Notes: a model not told the origin generated them from the sequence alone. 64,000 nt of DNA from Candidatus Babeliales bacterium (GCA_050250855.1 JBFWNW010000001.1:280179-344178); one strand, 5' to 3'; counted from the first letter of the stretch, positions 1 through 10,095 are shown. A program made the numbers and translations.

Positions 1-1185
1 TTAGAAGGATTTAAAGCTACTTATGATGCTACGGCAAGTTATCGTCTTAAGAATGCTGGCGCCTTATTAATTGGCCGTGCAAATTTGGATGAGTTTGCTA
101 TGGGAAGTTCAACAGAAACTTCTGCGTTTCAAAAAACGGCAAATCCATGGAATCTACAGTGTGTTCCTGGTGGTTCAAGTGGTGGCTCTATTGCAGCGGT
201 TGCCGCTGGGCTAGTGCCGTGGGCTCTTGGCTCTGAAACAGGAGGCTCTGTTCGTCAGCCGGCTGCGTTATGTGGTATTGTTGGTCTTAAGCCGACATAT
301 GGTCTTGTTTCACGTAATGGTCTTGTTGCATACGCTTCATCGCTTGATCAAATTGGTATTGCAACGCGTACGGTGCGTGATAATGCGCAGGTTCTTTCTG
401 TTATTGCAGGGCATGATACCAAAGATTCATCAAGTTTATATGTAGATAAAAAAGATTATACTTCATTACTTGATGGCAAGCTCAAAGAAGGTTTTAGAAT
501 TGGTGTATTAGAAAATGCTCTTGATGCTGAAGGCATGTCTCCTGAAATGAAGGAGGCTTTGCAGGAAGTCATTAAGAAATATGAACAAATGGGCGCTATA
601 ATCAAACGTATTAAACTACCTATCATGGATTATGCTGCAGCTGTCTATTTTATCATTAGCCGTGCAGAAGCTGCTTCTAACTTGGCACGCTTTGATGGCG
701 TACGCTATGGCTTGCGTGATGAAGCGTCAAGTCTGAGCGCTATGTATACCAATACGCGTCATGATGGATTTGGCCAAGAAGTGCAAGTTCGTATTATGAC
801 TGGTAACTATGTACTTTCAGCTGGCCATGCAGCAGAGTTTTATAGCAATGCAAAAAAAGTACAACGATTGATGCAATATGAATATGCGCAGACTTTTAAA
901 GAAGTTGATGCATTAATAAGTCCTGTAACGCCAACAACAGCGTTTAAATTTGGTGCTTTTGATCAAGATCGTTTACAAATGGATTTACAAGATTACTTTA
1001 CCTGCTCGGTAAACATTGCGGGTATTCCTGCTGTTGCGGTGCCGTGTGGTTTTTCAAAAGATAAAATGCCTATGGGCTTTCAGTTAATTGGACCACATCT
1101 TTCTGAGGCGCGCTTGTATCAAGCTGCCTATGCTTACGAGCAAGAAATGCCATGGCATACCATGCATCCTGAGGAGTTTATTTAA
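1..1185 (+). CDS. gatA: Asp/Glu-tRNA amidotransferase subunit A (5' end outside window)
   Basis: Amidase signature GGSSGGS, GSETGGSVRQPA, RFDGVRYG; frame open from base 1 (LEGFKATYDAT...). Confidence 0.95.
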   Translation, partial: LEGFKATYDATASYRLKNAGALLIGRANLDEFAMGSSTETSAFQKTANPWNLQCVPGGSSGGSIAAVAAGLVPWALGSETGGSVRQPAALCGIVGLKPTYGLVSRNGLVAYASSLDQIGIATRTVRDNAQVLSVIAGHDTKDSSSLYVDKKDYTSLLDGKLKEGFRIGVLENALDAEGMSPEMKEALQEVIKKYEQMGAIIKRIKLPIMDYAAAVYFIISRAEAASNLARFDGVRYGLRDEASSLSAMYTNTRHDGFGQEVQVRIMTGNYVLSAGHAAEFYSNAKKVQRLMQYEYAQTFKEVDALISPVTPTTAFKFGAFDQDRLQMDLQDYFTCSVNIAGIPAVAVPCGFSKDKMPMGFQLIGPHLSEARLYQAAYAYEQEMPWHTMHPEEFI

Positions 1186-1205
1186 AATAAAAAAAAGGAG
1201 AGGAG

Positions 1206-1832
1206 ATGTTTCAAGATCGTTATGATGCAGCCAATCAGCTTGCTCTTGCTTTAAAACAGTACCAAAATAATCCTGATGTTATAATTTTAGCTATTCCTCG
1301 TGGCGGGCTTGAACTTGGCTTTGTGCTAGCAGAGCAACTTAAAGCGCCGCTTGATGTTGTTTTTGCCAAAAAAATTGGTGCACCGAATAACCCTGAATAT
1401 GCAATTGGTGCGCTTACGCTGCATGAACAAGAGATTGATCCCCGTTTTATGGATGTTTCTATGCAGGATTACATTGATCAAGAAACTGAACGGATTCGCA
1501 CACTGCTCAAAAAACGCTACCAAGAGTATCGAGGTCAAAAGCTTGCCCTTGATCTTCATAATAAAATTGTCATTGTTGTTGATGATGGCGTTGCCACGGG
1601 AAGAACGGTAAAGCTTGCCCTCAAAGAAGTAAAACAGTTCAAACCAAAAAAATTAATCCTAGCAGTTCCCGTCGGCGCTCCTGATACTATCAAAGAGTTA
1701 GAAAAATATGCTGATGAAGTTGTTTGCTTGCAAAAAGCAGAGCTATTTTTTGCCGTAGGGCAATTTTATGATCAGTTTCCCCAAGTTGATGATCAAGAGG
1801 CGATTCGCTTATTGCATAAAGCTAATGACTAA
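1206..1832 (+). CDS. Phosphoribosyltransferase family protein
   Basis: MFQDRYDA start, LAIPRGG, PRPP-binding VVDDGVATGRT, AVGQFY. Confidence 0.9.
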   Translation: MFQDRYDAANQLALALKQYQNNPDVIILAIPRGGLELGFVLAEQLKAPLDVVFAKKIGAPNNPEYAIGALTLHEQEIDPRFMDVSMQDYIDQETERIRTLLKKRYQEYRGQKLALDLHNKIVIVVDDGVATGRTVKLALKEVKQFKPKKLILAVPVGAPDTIKELEKYADEVVCLQKAELFFAVGQFYDQFPQVDDQEAIRLLHKAND

Positions 1833-1899
1833 ATGATGTTTTTTTTATAAAGATTATTTTTTTGTTTTGTTCATGGGTTAGGGGTTCTATTTTATTTGC

Positions 1900-2305
1900 A
1901 TATCTCACGGCACCCTCATGCCGGGTGCAGGGCACAAAGGTATTGCGTGCCCAATACCTTTGATACAAGGGCACATAAGAGAAGATCTCTTATGTATCTC
2001 TCTGCGCTCATAACTCGGCTTCCAGATTTTTATTAAAAAAAATCTGAGAAGCTCTCAAACAGATGAGCTTTCAAGGTGCACTAAACTATTTTTTATACAT
2101 TTACACCGGTAGCGAATCATCGACCTGCCGTGTCCGCCATAGCTCGAAGAGCGACGGCTGGAAAATCGAGGGTTGAAAACCCGAAGAGTGAGTGGTTGAT
2201 GTCTGAGCGGGCAAGCGATCCAACAGCATGTTGGTGTATTTTTGTCCAGCCCTTTTGTACAAGCAAAAGGGGCTGGTCCCGTCCCGGAGAGGGACCGTGA
2301 GATAT
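1900..2305. mobile_element. Composite palindromic element copy 1 (MITE/REP-like, non-autonomous)
   Basis: Inverted termini atatctcacgg(ca)ccctc 1900-1917 and gagggaccgtgagatat 2289-2305; many internal hairpins; segments shared with 28367-28620 and, inverted, with 33748-34030. Confidence 0.8.
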
Positions 2306-2418
2306 ATGAAAGCAAAAAATATAATTAAAAAATTTATAATCATTAGCTTTGTACAATACTACAATTTTTATATAAGCTTTTTGTAAAAAGCTTATTGTCT
2401 CTTGTAAAGGAGTAGTAG

Positions 2419-3258
2419 ATGAGATTATTTGCAACGCGTTCATGCCGCCATTTAATGGAAGATTTTAAAGAGATTGCAGGGCATGTAGAGATCAAAACAT
2501 TTTCTGATGGCGAAATTTATGTGCGCCTTTTGGAGAATGTTGCCAAGCAAGACGTATGGGTATTAGCGCAAACGGCACCGCCTGCAGAAAATCTTATAGA
2601 ACTTTATTTTTTGCTTGATGCATTGCAGCGCGAAAATGCCAACGTTAATCTTTTTTTAACGTACTTTGGGTATGCGCGGCAAGATCGTACTGCTTATGGA
2701 GAAGCATTGAGTAGCGAAGTGCTTTTTCGCTTTTTGCAAACATTTAACATAAAAAGTACTAAAATTCTTCATATTCATAATCCTAAATTGCGTGTATTTT
2801 ATGATTTTCAAGATGTTATTTTATTAGATTTTTTTATTCCGTATGCACAAGAGGCTGATATACTTGTTGCGCCGGACCATGGTGCACAGGCGTTGGTAGC
2901 ATCTATAGCTGAATGTGCAAAAAAAGAATATGTGGTTATGAGCAAAACGCGTAGTAGTCACGAACATATTGAAAAAATCACCATTAACGGTACGGTAAAA
3001 AATAAGAGAGTCCTTTTGATTGATGATATGATTGCAACAGGTGGCACTATTGTACATGCAGCAAAAATTCTTAAAGAACATGGTGCGGTAGAAATTGCTG
3101 TTGCTGCTACGCATGGTGTATTTTCCGACGATGCGTATAACCGCATTGCAAAAAGTGCAATAGATAGAGTTTTTGTAACAAATTCATTGCCACAACAAGA
3201 ACATGAAAAAGTTACGGTAGTTAATTGTGCCCCTATGATTGAGCATTTTTTTCGTTGA
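2419..3258 (+). CDS. prs: Ribose-phosphate pyrophosphokinase (short form)
   Basis: FSDGE, YFGYARQDR, VAPDHG, LIDDMIATGGT, ATHGVFS motifs. Confidence 0.9.
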   Translation: MRLFATRSCRHLMEDFKEIAGHVEIKTFSDGEIYVRLLENVAKQDVWVLAQTAPPAENLIELYFLLDALQRENANVNLFLTYFGYARQDRTAYGEALSSEVLFRFLQTFNIKSTKILHIHNPKLRVFYDFQDVILLDFFIPYAQEADILVAPDHGAQALVASIAECAKKEYVVMSKTRSSHEHIEKITINGTVKNKRVLLIDDMIATGGTIVHAAKILKEHGAVEIAVAATHGVFSDDAYNRIAKSAIDRVFVTNSLPQQEHEKVTVVNCAPMIEHFFR

Positions 3259-3303
3259 GCGGTATTATATTAATGTGAATTTGAGTTTTGATAGTATTTA
3301 AAT

Positions 3304-3483
3304 GCGCTCATGGTGAGTGATTTCGAAGAAATCGTATCGAACCATATGAGCAAAAATGTTGTTCGAATGCTTCGACAAGCTCAGCACGAACGGAGTGAGG
3401 GTTGAGCGCAGCGTTTACTCCTGCATGCCCGACGTAGCACTGTGCGAAGTCTGGGAGTTTGATCGAAGGGTCACCACGAACGG
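3304..3483. repeat. Cluster of nested palindromic modules (types A and B)
   Basis: cttcgacaagctcagcacgaacgg (as at 25724, 39720, 42241) and gcccgacgtagc-actgt-gcgaagtctggg (as at 33867). Confidence 0.8.
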
Positions 3484-3490
3484 TATAGAG

Positions 3491-4366
3491 ATGTTTAAAT
3501 CTTGTAAGAATGAAGTTATCTTAAAATCGTATATTTTTTTTATATTTATTGCTGTTTTTACTAGTTATGCTGCACGAGAGCCCGTTGTAACGCATAAAAA
3601 ACATAAGCGGTATCAACCGTTGCTTTGTAGAGATCGTCCGTATAGAAGTTGCCTGAATAAGTTTGGTTTTATTGTAGGTGATATTGTACAGGATGCTTTA
3701 AAACTTAACTGGTATTTATTTTCTGTTACCTCTGCAAAAGTTATAACAGGATTTATACCTCCTTATCTTTTGACGCGCCAATTTGATGAACGTATTCAAT
3801 GTCACTTTTATGATGAAGCATGCCACAAAAATGTTAATCAATTTCCCAAGGCATGCCATACGATAGCAAAGAATGGTGTTGGTATTCCTATGGTTCTTCT
3901 TTCAAGTCTTGTTGTTTTTGCACCAGATGAAGATTTGCGGCAAACGGCACGTATGTTTATTATAGGTTTGCCATTTGTACATTCAGGTAAAGATATCATA
4001 AAAAAAATGCGCTCAAAATGTTGTTTGCGGCCGTGGAATGAGAATTTTAGTTGTACCAAGCGTTCTTCTGGCGGTTTTCCATCAGGTCATATGGCGAATG
4101 TAACGTACGCGGCAACACTTTTTGGTATTCGTCATGGCCTTGAATGGGCCATTCCACTCAGTTGTTTGGCGGCATTTGTTTTTGCAGATTTTGTTAATTG
4201 TAATCGCCACTATGTTTCACAGCTTATTGCCGGTGCAGGGCTTGGCGTTTTGTATGCTCTGGCAGCTGACCAAGTAATTAAACGAAAATTTTCTGAGCAC
4301 TGCTCATGCAGCGTAGGGCGTGATGAACAGGGCCATTCGACAATTAAGGTAGCGTATAAGTTTTAG
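3491..4366 (+). CDS. PAP2-family phosphatase, membrane or exported
   Basis: K..RP, GFPSGH, RHYVSQ motifs; start moved to ATG 3491 because the upstream extension is repeat-derived. Confidence 0.8.
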   Translation: MFKSCKNEVILKSYIFFIFIAVFTSYAAREPVVTHKKHKRYQPLLCRDRPYRSCLNKFGFIVGDIVQDALKLNWYLFSVTSAKVITGFIPPYLLTRQFDERIQCHFYDEACHKNVNQFPKACHTIAKNGVGIPMVLLSSLVVFAPDEDLRQTARMFIIGLPFVHSGKDIIKKMRSKCCLRPWNENFSCTKRSSGGFPSGHMANVTYAATLFGIRHGLEWAIPLSCLAAFVFADFVNCNRHYVSQLIAGAGLGVLYALAADQVIKRKFSEHCSCSVGRDEQGHSTIKVAYKF

Positions 4367-4444
4367 ACTCTTGTTCTCCTGTCTTACGCTCTATATACTT
4401 AAAAAAGATAGTAAAAATTATGGCCATAAAAAAGTAAAAATAAT

Positions 4445-5251
4445 ATGCCTCATATAACGATTCGTCATATTTTTTTTACCGCTATTCTAGGTATTCTACT
4501 CTTTTTTGTAGGGACATCATTACTAGTAGCCGGTAAATCTTTATTATATATGGTAACGTCTACCGTAACCTATCCCTTTTTGTATGTACAAAAGAGCATT
4601 GCGCAACCTATTAATTCTTTTTTTGAGCGTAGGAAAACAACGCAAGAGCTTTTAGAACAGATCAAACAGCTGCAACAAGAACGTGAAATGCTTATAGAAT
4701 ATACCGTGGCGCTTGAAGCGGAATTTGATTTTGCAGCAGAAACTAAAGAGCTCATACAATTTTGCAAGCGCTATGATATGTATGAAAAACATTTAGCACA
4801 AGTTCTTTTGCGTAATTTTTCTGATCAAGGACATTTTTTCTTAGTTGAAGGTGGTTCTAGAAAAGGTATTGAAGTTGATATGGTGGCCATTTATAAAAAC
4901 TGTTTAATTGGTCGCGTAGTAGAAGTATATCCTTATTATGCCAAAGTAGTATTGATCAGCGATAAACAATGCAAAGTTGCTGCCTATTGCGCACAAACAA
5001 AAACCGAAGGTATTTATGAAGGGCTGAATCAGCCTGATGGATCTCTTGCTCATGTCAGCCATTTAAAGCCATTACAAAAAGATGAACGGGTGATCTCTAG
5101 TGGCCAAGGGTTAGTATTTCCGCGCGGCTTTGGATTAGGTAAAATAAATTCTTACGAACTTGATGGTATTTATTACAAAGTACACGTTGCACCCCTGCTT
5201 GATTTGACAACAATTTCTTGTTGTTATTTGATCAAGAAGGGAACAGATTAA
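4445..5251 (+). CDS. mreC: Rod shape-determining protein MreC
   Basis: N-terminal TM, coiled coil, LIGRVVEV, SSGQGLVFPRGFGLGKI. Confidence 0.9.
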   Translation: MPHITIRHIFFTAILGILLFFVGTSLLVAGKSLLYMVTSTVTYPFLYVQKSIAQPINSFFERRKTTQELLEQIKQLQQEREMLIEYTVALEAEFDFAAETKELIQFCKRYDMYEKHLAQVLLRNFSDQGHFFLVEGGSRKGIEVDMVAIYKNCLIGRVVEVYPYYAKVVLISDKQCKVAAYCAQTKTEGIYEGLNQPDGSLAHVSHLKPLQKDERVISSGQGLVFPRGFGLGKINSYELDGIYYKVHVAPLLDLTTISCCYLIKKGTD

Positions 5252-5252
5252 A

Positions 5253-6152
5253 TTATTTTATTGCACAGCTTAGTAACGCTTTTCTAATCATACCCTCAAG
5301 CGGTGAGCTTGCATCTTCTGTAGGATCTTGTTGTCCCATAAAGTAGCCAAGCCAGCCACGTGCAGATTCTGAAGGTTTTATCCATTCTATTTTTTCTTCA
5401 ATCAATGCAGCTTTTTTAAGATAAGCAATAGCGTTAGAAAGTGAGCCAAGCTCATCAACAAGGCCATTCTGTAACGCTTGTTTGCCGGTAAAGAGTTTAC
5501 CATTTGCCCATTCAGGGGCTTTTGCTAATGATATTCTTTTTCTATTGCGCGCAACGTGTTCAATAAAGGTTTGGTAACTATCGTGCGTAATACCTTCTAA
5601 ATGTACCAGTTCTTCTTGAGTAGGGTTGGTAAAGGGATTGGTTGAATCTTTGTAATCGCCGGTTTTTATTGATTCATATGTAATATTGTGGTGGGCTAAA
5701 AAGTTTTTTACTTTAAATTGATTCGGAATGGTGGTCCCAATGCTCCCGATGATAGTAGAGGGGGAAGCGATAACATGATCTGTTGTTGCAGCAATAAGGT
5801 AAGCGCCCGATGCACAGATATTTTCCGTTAACACAATAATAGGTTTAGGATATTTTTTCTTATAAAATTCAATTTCATTAGCAATCGCTTCTGCTGATCC
5901 TGCGGTGGTTCCTGAAGATTCTATTTTAACCAAAATGGCTTTGATTTCGGGGTTTTTGTAGAACTTTTTGAGATATTTGATGTAATGCGAGGAATTGCTT
6001 ACCATGCCATTGATAGGCAGGTACGCTACTTTTGTGTGCGGTTTGAGTGCATCAAAATACTGCTTTTTTATGCTATGCAAGAGTGGTGGTGCTATTTGTA
6101 AGAGAATAAGAACGAAGAAAATCGTTTTTAAATAATCGGTTATTTTCGCCAT
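5253..6152 (-). CDS. sppA: Signal peptide peptidase SppA (S49)
   Basis: CASGAYLIA, IIGSIG, KTGDYKD, GKLFTGKQALQNGLVDELG. Confidence 0.9.
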   Translation of the reverse strand: MAKITDYLKTIFFVLILLQIAPPLLHSIKKQYFDALKPHTKVAYLPINGMVSNSSHYIKYLKKFYKNPEIKAILVKIESSGTTAGSAEAIANEIEFYKKKYPKPIIVLTENICASGAYLIAATTDHVIASPSTIIGSIGTTIPNQFKVKNFLAHHNITYESIKTGDYKDSTNPFTNPTQEELVHLEGITHDSYQTFIEHVARNRKRISLAKAPEWANGKLFTGKQALQNGLVDELGSLSNAIAYLKKAALIEEKIEWIKPSESARGWLGYFMGQQDPTEDASSPLEGMIRKALLSCAIK

Positions 6153-6255
6153 ATAATTCCTAAAAAAAGGTGAACCTATAAGGTTTAATTTTTAGCCTGT
6201 TGTTAGTATATACAAAAAGGAATGAAAAATTAAAACAGTTTTTGGCTTTTTTCTT

Positions 6256-6284
6256 TTGACTTTTCTCATCTTTTTCTCTACACT
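6256..6284 (+). promoter_or_regulatory. Sigma70-type promoter of tRNA cluster
   Basis: TTGACT-17 bp-TACACT about 50 bp upstream of tRNA-Val. Confidence 0.6.
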
Positions 6285-6336
6285 TTTCATTACAATTAAG
6301 GTTACTTGAGAGAGAAACCTTTGAAATGTAGATTAG

Positions 6337-6413
6337 GGGCGGTTAGCTCAGTTGGTTAGAGCACCAGTCTTACAAACTGGGGGTCACAGGTTCGAATCCT
6401 GTATCGCCCACCA
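6337..6413 (+). tRNA. tRNA-Val(TAC)
   Basis: Acceptor GGGCGGT/ATCGCCC, anticodon loop CT-TAC-AA, TTCGAAT, encoded CCA. Confidence 0.97.
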
Positions 6414-6464
6414 GGCTTCGCTTATCCGGGTTTTCAAACTCGGCAAGCTTCGCCCGGCGAGGCC
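6411..6464. repeat. Type B palindromic module joined to tRNA-Val CCA
   Basis: ccaggcttcgctta...aagcttcgcccggcgag matches the reverse complement of 33867-33900, with an extra hairpin in its loop. Confidence 0.75.
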
Positions 6465-6476
6465 ATGAAAAATTAT

Positions 6477-6552
6477 TCCTCGGTAGCTCAGTTGGTAGAG
6501 CACACGACTGTTAATCGTTAGGTCGCAGGTTCGAGTCCTGCCCGAGGAGCCA
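6477..6552 (+). tRNA. tRNA-Asn(GTT)
   Basis: TCCTCGG/CCGAGGA acceptor, loop CT-GTT-AA, G discriminator, CCA. Confidence 0.97.
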
Positions 6553-6591
6553 GTTTATTCTAGCAGGCGGTCTTAATAGTATTCGATAATT

Positions 6592-6671
6592 GGGGCTGTA
6601 GCTCAGTATTTGGTTAGAGCGTTCGCCTGTCAAGCGAGAGGTCGCGAGTTCGAGTCTCGTCAGCCCCGCCA
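6592..6671 (+). tRNA. tRNA-Asp(GTC), variant copy (longer D-loop, A38)
   Basis: GGGGCTG/CAGCCCC acceptor, loop CT-GTC-AA, GCCA end. Confidence 0.93.
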
Positions 6672-6749
6672 TCTTTTTAGATATTTTATTTACAATTTTC
6701 TCTAGCTTCTTGCAAAAACCCCTAAGTTTTGAGAAGCTTAAATCTATTA

Positions 6750-6827
6750 GGGGCTGTAGCTCAGTTTGGTTAGAGCGTTCGCCTGTCACGCGAAAGGTCG
6801 CGAGTTCGAGTCTCGTCAGCCCCGCCA
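6750..6827 (+). tRNA. tRNA-Asp(GTC)
   Basis: GGGGCTG/CAGCCCC acceptor, loop CT-GTC-AC, GCCA end. Confidence 0.97.
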
Positions 6828-6863
6828 GTCTCCGCTCCTTTTGGAGCTTCGGCCGGCACGGCC
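6825..6863. repeat. Type B palindromic module joined to tRNA-Asp CCA
   Basis: Reverse complement ggccgtgccggccgaagc-tccaaaagga-gcggagactgg resembles gccgtgtccgccatagc..gcgacggctgg at 2127-2161. Confidence 0.7.
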
Positions 6864-6926
6864 ATTTTTTTAACGGAACTATTTAAAAATAATTACTTTT
6901 TTCCAGGCAACTCTTTGATTTGTGAA

Positions 6927-9521
6927 TTAATTATCTATAAAAGCTTTTAATGCTTGCCCTGTTAAAGAATCTTTATTGTGGGCAATTTCTTGTGGCGTGC
7001 CGCTTGCAACAATGGTACCGCCAGCACTTCCGCCGCCCGGGCCAAAATCGATAATAGTATCGGCATTCATTATAGCATCTATATTATGTTCAATTACCAC
7101 CACCGTATTTCCTTGAGCTACCAATTTTTTTAGAATAGTAAGTAATTTTTCTACTTCCTGAGGATGCAGGCCTGTTGTTGGTTCATCAAGCAAGTAAAGG
7201 GTATTTCCCGTTTCAGCTTTGGCTAATTCAGCCGCTAGCTTAATGCGTTGTGCTTCGCCGCCCGATAAGGTTGACGTAGATTGCCCTAAGGTAAGATACT
7301 CTAAACCTACTTGCTTCATTACCTCTAAAAGGGCGAAAATCTTTTTTTCATGTTTAAATACCGCAAGGGCATCGCTTACTGCCATAGCTAAAACGTTTGC
7401 AATAGAATAGCCCTTGAATTGTATTGCTAATATATCTTCATTAAATCGCGTACCGTTGCATACGGGGCATTCTTTTTGGATGTCGGGCATAAAGGTCATA
7501 TCAACTTCCACGACGCCAGCGCCATTACAATTTTGGCAACGTTGATCGGAACTATTGAAAGAAAATTTTTCTGCACCAAAGCCACGATTTTTTGCTTCTG
7601 GCAAAGCGGCAAATAAATCTCTTATATGATCAAAGAGTTTTGTATACGTTGCTACGTTGGAGCGGGTTGATTTTGTACTACCTATGGCGCTTTGATCAAC
7701 GGTAATTATACGATTACAATAATCTAACCCTTCAAGCGAAGTATGTTTTCCTGGTATTTCGCGCGCATTATTAAAATGTTTTCGTGCAGCTTTGTCTACA
7801 ATATCAAATAAGAAGGTTGATTTTCCTGAACCAGATACGCCGGTCATAACTACAAACTGTTTTAATGGAATGCTCACGTCGATATTTTTTAAATTATGTT
7901 CGCGTGCACCACGTACGGTTAAAGTTTCTTTTTTGCGTGGAGCATTGTTGAGCGGTAGTGTCGGCTTTTTAGCCAAATAACTGCCTGTTATGGAGTTGGC
8001 GCATGCCATAAGATCTGCAGGCGTTCCTGAAGCAATAATTTTTCCTCCCTTGCTGCCACCTTCTGGGCCGATATCTATGATGTAATCAGTATTTCTAATT
8101 ACCTCTACATCATGTTCAATAACTAAAACGGTGTTGCCTGCTTGTTGGATTTTCCTTATTGTTTTTAATAGTTTTTCTGTATCGTGAGGATGCAGCCCTG
8201 TTGTTGGTTCATCAAGAACGTATAAAACGCCGCTTAGGCCGCTGCCAAGTAAGCTGGCTAATCGCAATCTTTGTGCTTCTCCTGCTGATAATGAAGGAAC
8301 GGTTCGGTCTAAGGTTACATAATGGAGGCCAACTTCTATTAAATTTGATGTTCGCTCTTTTAAGGCGCCTGAAACGGCAGTAAGTATAGAAGCATCTTCT
8401 TCTGGGATTATGGTATCTAAATCATGCAGCCATTGAAGGAATTCATGTAAACTCAAACTAACCACATCATTTATCGTTTTTCCGCTTACCGTTGCATTTC
8501 TGCCAAGCGGTGCTAAGCCGGTTGCATTACAGGCCGTGCATGGTTCATGAAGAATATATTTTTTGATATCCTGTGAAACTTTCAATGGATTTTTTTGGTA
8601 AAGCGCTAATAAGGGAGGAATAATACCTTCAAAGTTTCCTTCACTCACTTTTTTAGGTGGTTTGATAGTTTTATATTCTTTAAGAAAATCTGGATGGGTA
8701 ATACCGTAGAGTAAAAAATCTTTTTGTTTTTGCGTATAATTTTTTAGTGGTAGGTTGGCATCAAAATAAAAATTATAATGCTTGCTTGCTGCCAATATGG
8801 TGTTTTGGTAATGGTGTGCAAGCGGTTTATCCCATAAATCTACGCCGCCATGCATGATGCTTTTTTCTTCATTAAGCAAACGAGTAAGATCAACCGTGAT
8901 GTTTTCACCAACTCCTTTACATGGAGTACATGCGCCAGTTGTAGTGTTAGAAGAAAAGTGGGCCATGGTTAGTTTTTCTAGTTGCTGCTTGCAATGCGGG
9001 CAATTAAAATAACTTTTTTTTCGTTTTTTCAAAGATGAACCGTTTTTCTCTTCTATCTCAATGGTTGTCAGTGCGCCTTTATCTTGCAAAGGTTGTTTGA
9101 CGTTTTTAGCACATCCTGTGCACGGTTGCTGGCCAAGAGCCGCAAACATATTTCTTAAAATAGTTAAGATGCCTGTTTTGGTACCAACCGTAGAACGAGG
9201 ATTAAAATCTGCCACGCGCTGCGAAACACCAATTGAAGGAGATAGTCCTGTAATGCTTTGTACGTTTGCTTTTTCTATATGATCGGTAGTCATGCCCATA
9301 GATTCCAAATATTGCCGTATGCATTCTTTTTGCAAAATGTCGGTAGCAATAGATGATTTACCGGAACCAGAAGGGCCTGTTAAAGCAACAAGTTTTCCTT
9401 TAGGAATTTCAAAACAAATATTTTTTAAATTATGTTCCTGTGCACCATGTACAATAATTTTATTAGGGTCATGCGTAATTGGTAAGCCGCATTGTAAGGG
9501 GCATAGAGATTTTTTTAGCAT
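6927..9521 (-). CDS. UvrA-like ABC ATPase, class II (UvrA2/DrrC-like)
   Basis: Two ABC domains (GPSGSGKS, GVSGSGKS, LSAGEAQR, LSGGEAQR), Zn fingers, 864 aa; short spacer between CTGC and CPHC, so no UvrB-binding insert. Confidence 0.88.
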   Translation of the reverse strand: MLKKSLCPLQCGLPITHDPNKIIVHGAQEHNLKNICFEIPKGKLVALTGPSGSGKSSIATDILQKECIRQYLESMGMTTDHIEKANVQSITGLSPSIGVSQRVADFNPRSTVGTKTGILTILRNMFAALGQQPCTGCAKNVKQPLQDKGALTTIEIEEKNGSSLKKRKKSYFNCPHCKQQLEKLTMAHFSSNTTTGACTPCKGVGENITVDLTRLLNEEKSIMHGGVDLWDKPLAHHYQNTILAASKHYNFYFDANLPLKNYTQKQKDFLLYGITHPDFLKEYKTIKPPKKVSEGNFEGIIPPLLALYQKNPLKVSQDIKKYILHEPCTACNATGLAPLGRNATVSGKTINDVVSLSLHEFLQWLHDLDTIIPEEDASILTAVSGALKERTSNLIEVGLHYVTLDRTVPSLSAGEAQRLRLASLLGSGLSGVLYVLDEPTTGLHPHDTEKLLKTIRKIQQAGNTVLVIEHDVEVIRNTDYIIDIGPEGGSKGGKIIASGTPADLMACANSITGSYLAKKPTLPLNNAPRKKETLTVRGAREHNLKNIDVSIPLKQFVVMTGVSGSGKSTFLFDIVDKAARKHFNNAREIPGKHTSLEGLDYCNRIITVDQSAIGSTKSTRSNVATYTKLFDHIRDLFAALPEAKNRGFGAEKFSFNSSDQRCQNCNGAGVVEVDMTFMPDIQKECPVCNGTRFNEDILAIQFKGYSIANVLAMAVSDALAVFKHEKKIFALLEVMKQVGLEYLTLGQSTSTLSGGEAQRIKLAAELAKAETGNTLYLLDEPTTGLHPQEVEKLLTILKKLVAQGNTVVVIEHNIDAIMNADTIIDFGPGGGSAGGTIVASGTPQEIAHNKDSLTGQALKAFIDN

Positions 9522-9546
9522 AATAAACCTTCCATTTATATACTGT

Positions 9547-10095
9547 TTAATGTTTTACTGATGTTAAGCGTTTTAGCGCATGCTTGCACCATTCTAGCGC
9601 GCTTGATGCTTGTCTGATACCATGATCTAAAGTAATTAATCCATATAAAGCTTCTAAAGAATCATCATCGGGAAGTTCATGTTTTATTTTTTGAAAAGAA
9701 GCTAATTTTTTTTCAAGCTCTTTTTTATAATTCTTTAAATGTTCAAGAGTAACCTTGGCAGGCACAAGCTTGCCGAAAAATAACTTCAGCAAAAGTTCAT
9801 TTCTTAACTGTATTTCTTCAGGTTGTTTTACAAGCCAATTTTCAAGAGCTTTTTTGCCTGCAGCCGTTAAGGTGTAAACGTTACGTTTTCGGTCGCTTTT
9901 TGTAGGAACATCTACTTTTTTAATGAGTTTTTGCTTTTCTAGTTCTTCTAGGACAGGATAAATTGAACTAAATGTTTCTTTCCAAAAGTACTGCGTACTT
10001 GCTTCCATATGCTTTTTAAGGTCATATCCAGAGCTCTTTTTTAAGAGCGCCAGCATTCCTAAGATAGCAAATTGGCTTTTTGCGTTTTTTGCCAT
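9547..10095 (-). CDS. PadR-family transcriptional regulator
   Basis: ILGML, SGYDL, FW, SIYPVL, YTLTAAG..AL..WL, LLKLFF (PadR subfamily I). Confidence 0.92.
   Translation of the reverse strand: MAKNAKSQFAILGMLALLKKSSGYDLKKHMEASTQYFWKETFSSIYPVLEELEKQKLIKKVDVPTKSDRKRNVYTLTAAGKKALENWLVKQPEEIQLRNELLLKLFFGKLVPAKVTLEHLKNYKKELEKKLASFQKIKHELPDDDSLEALYGLITLDHGIRQASSALEWCKHALKRLTSVKH

Noticed and set aside
1900..2305. Group II intron remnant or known riboswitch
   Set aside because: No GUGYG start or domain V was recognised; copies occur in both orientations next to unrelated genes
2055..2443. Three overlapping minus-strand ORFs (also 28473-28661 and 33920-34108)
   Set aside because: They lie in the palindromic composites, their frames are not preserved between copies, and they have no protein motifs
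3356..3490. N-terminal extensions of the PAP2, SBP (25698-25751) and PpsA (39714-39836) ORFs
   Set aside because: Translations of type A repeats; better starts lie downstream
6511..6789. 92-aa minus-strand ORF
   Set aside because: Antisense reading of tRNA genes
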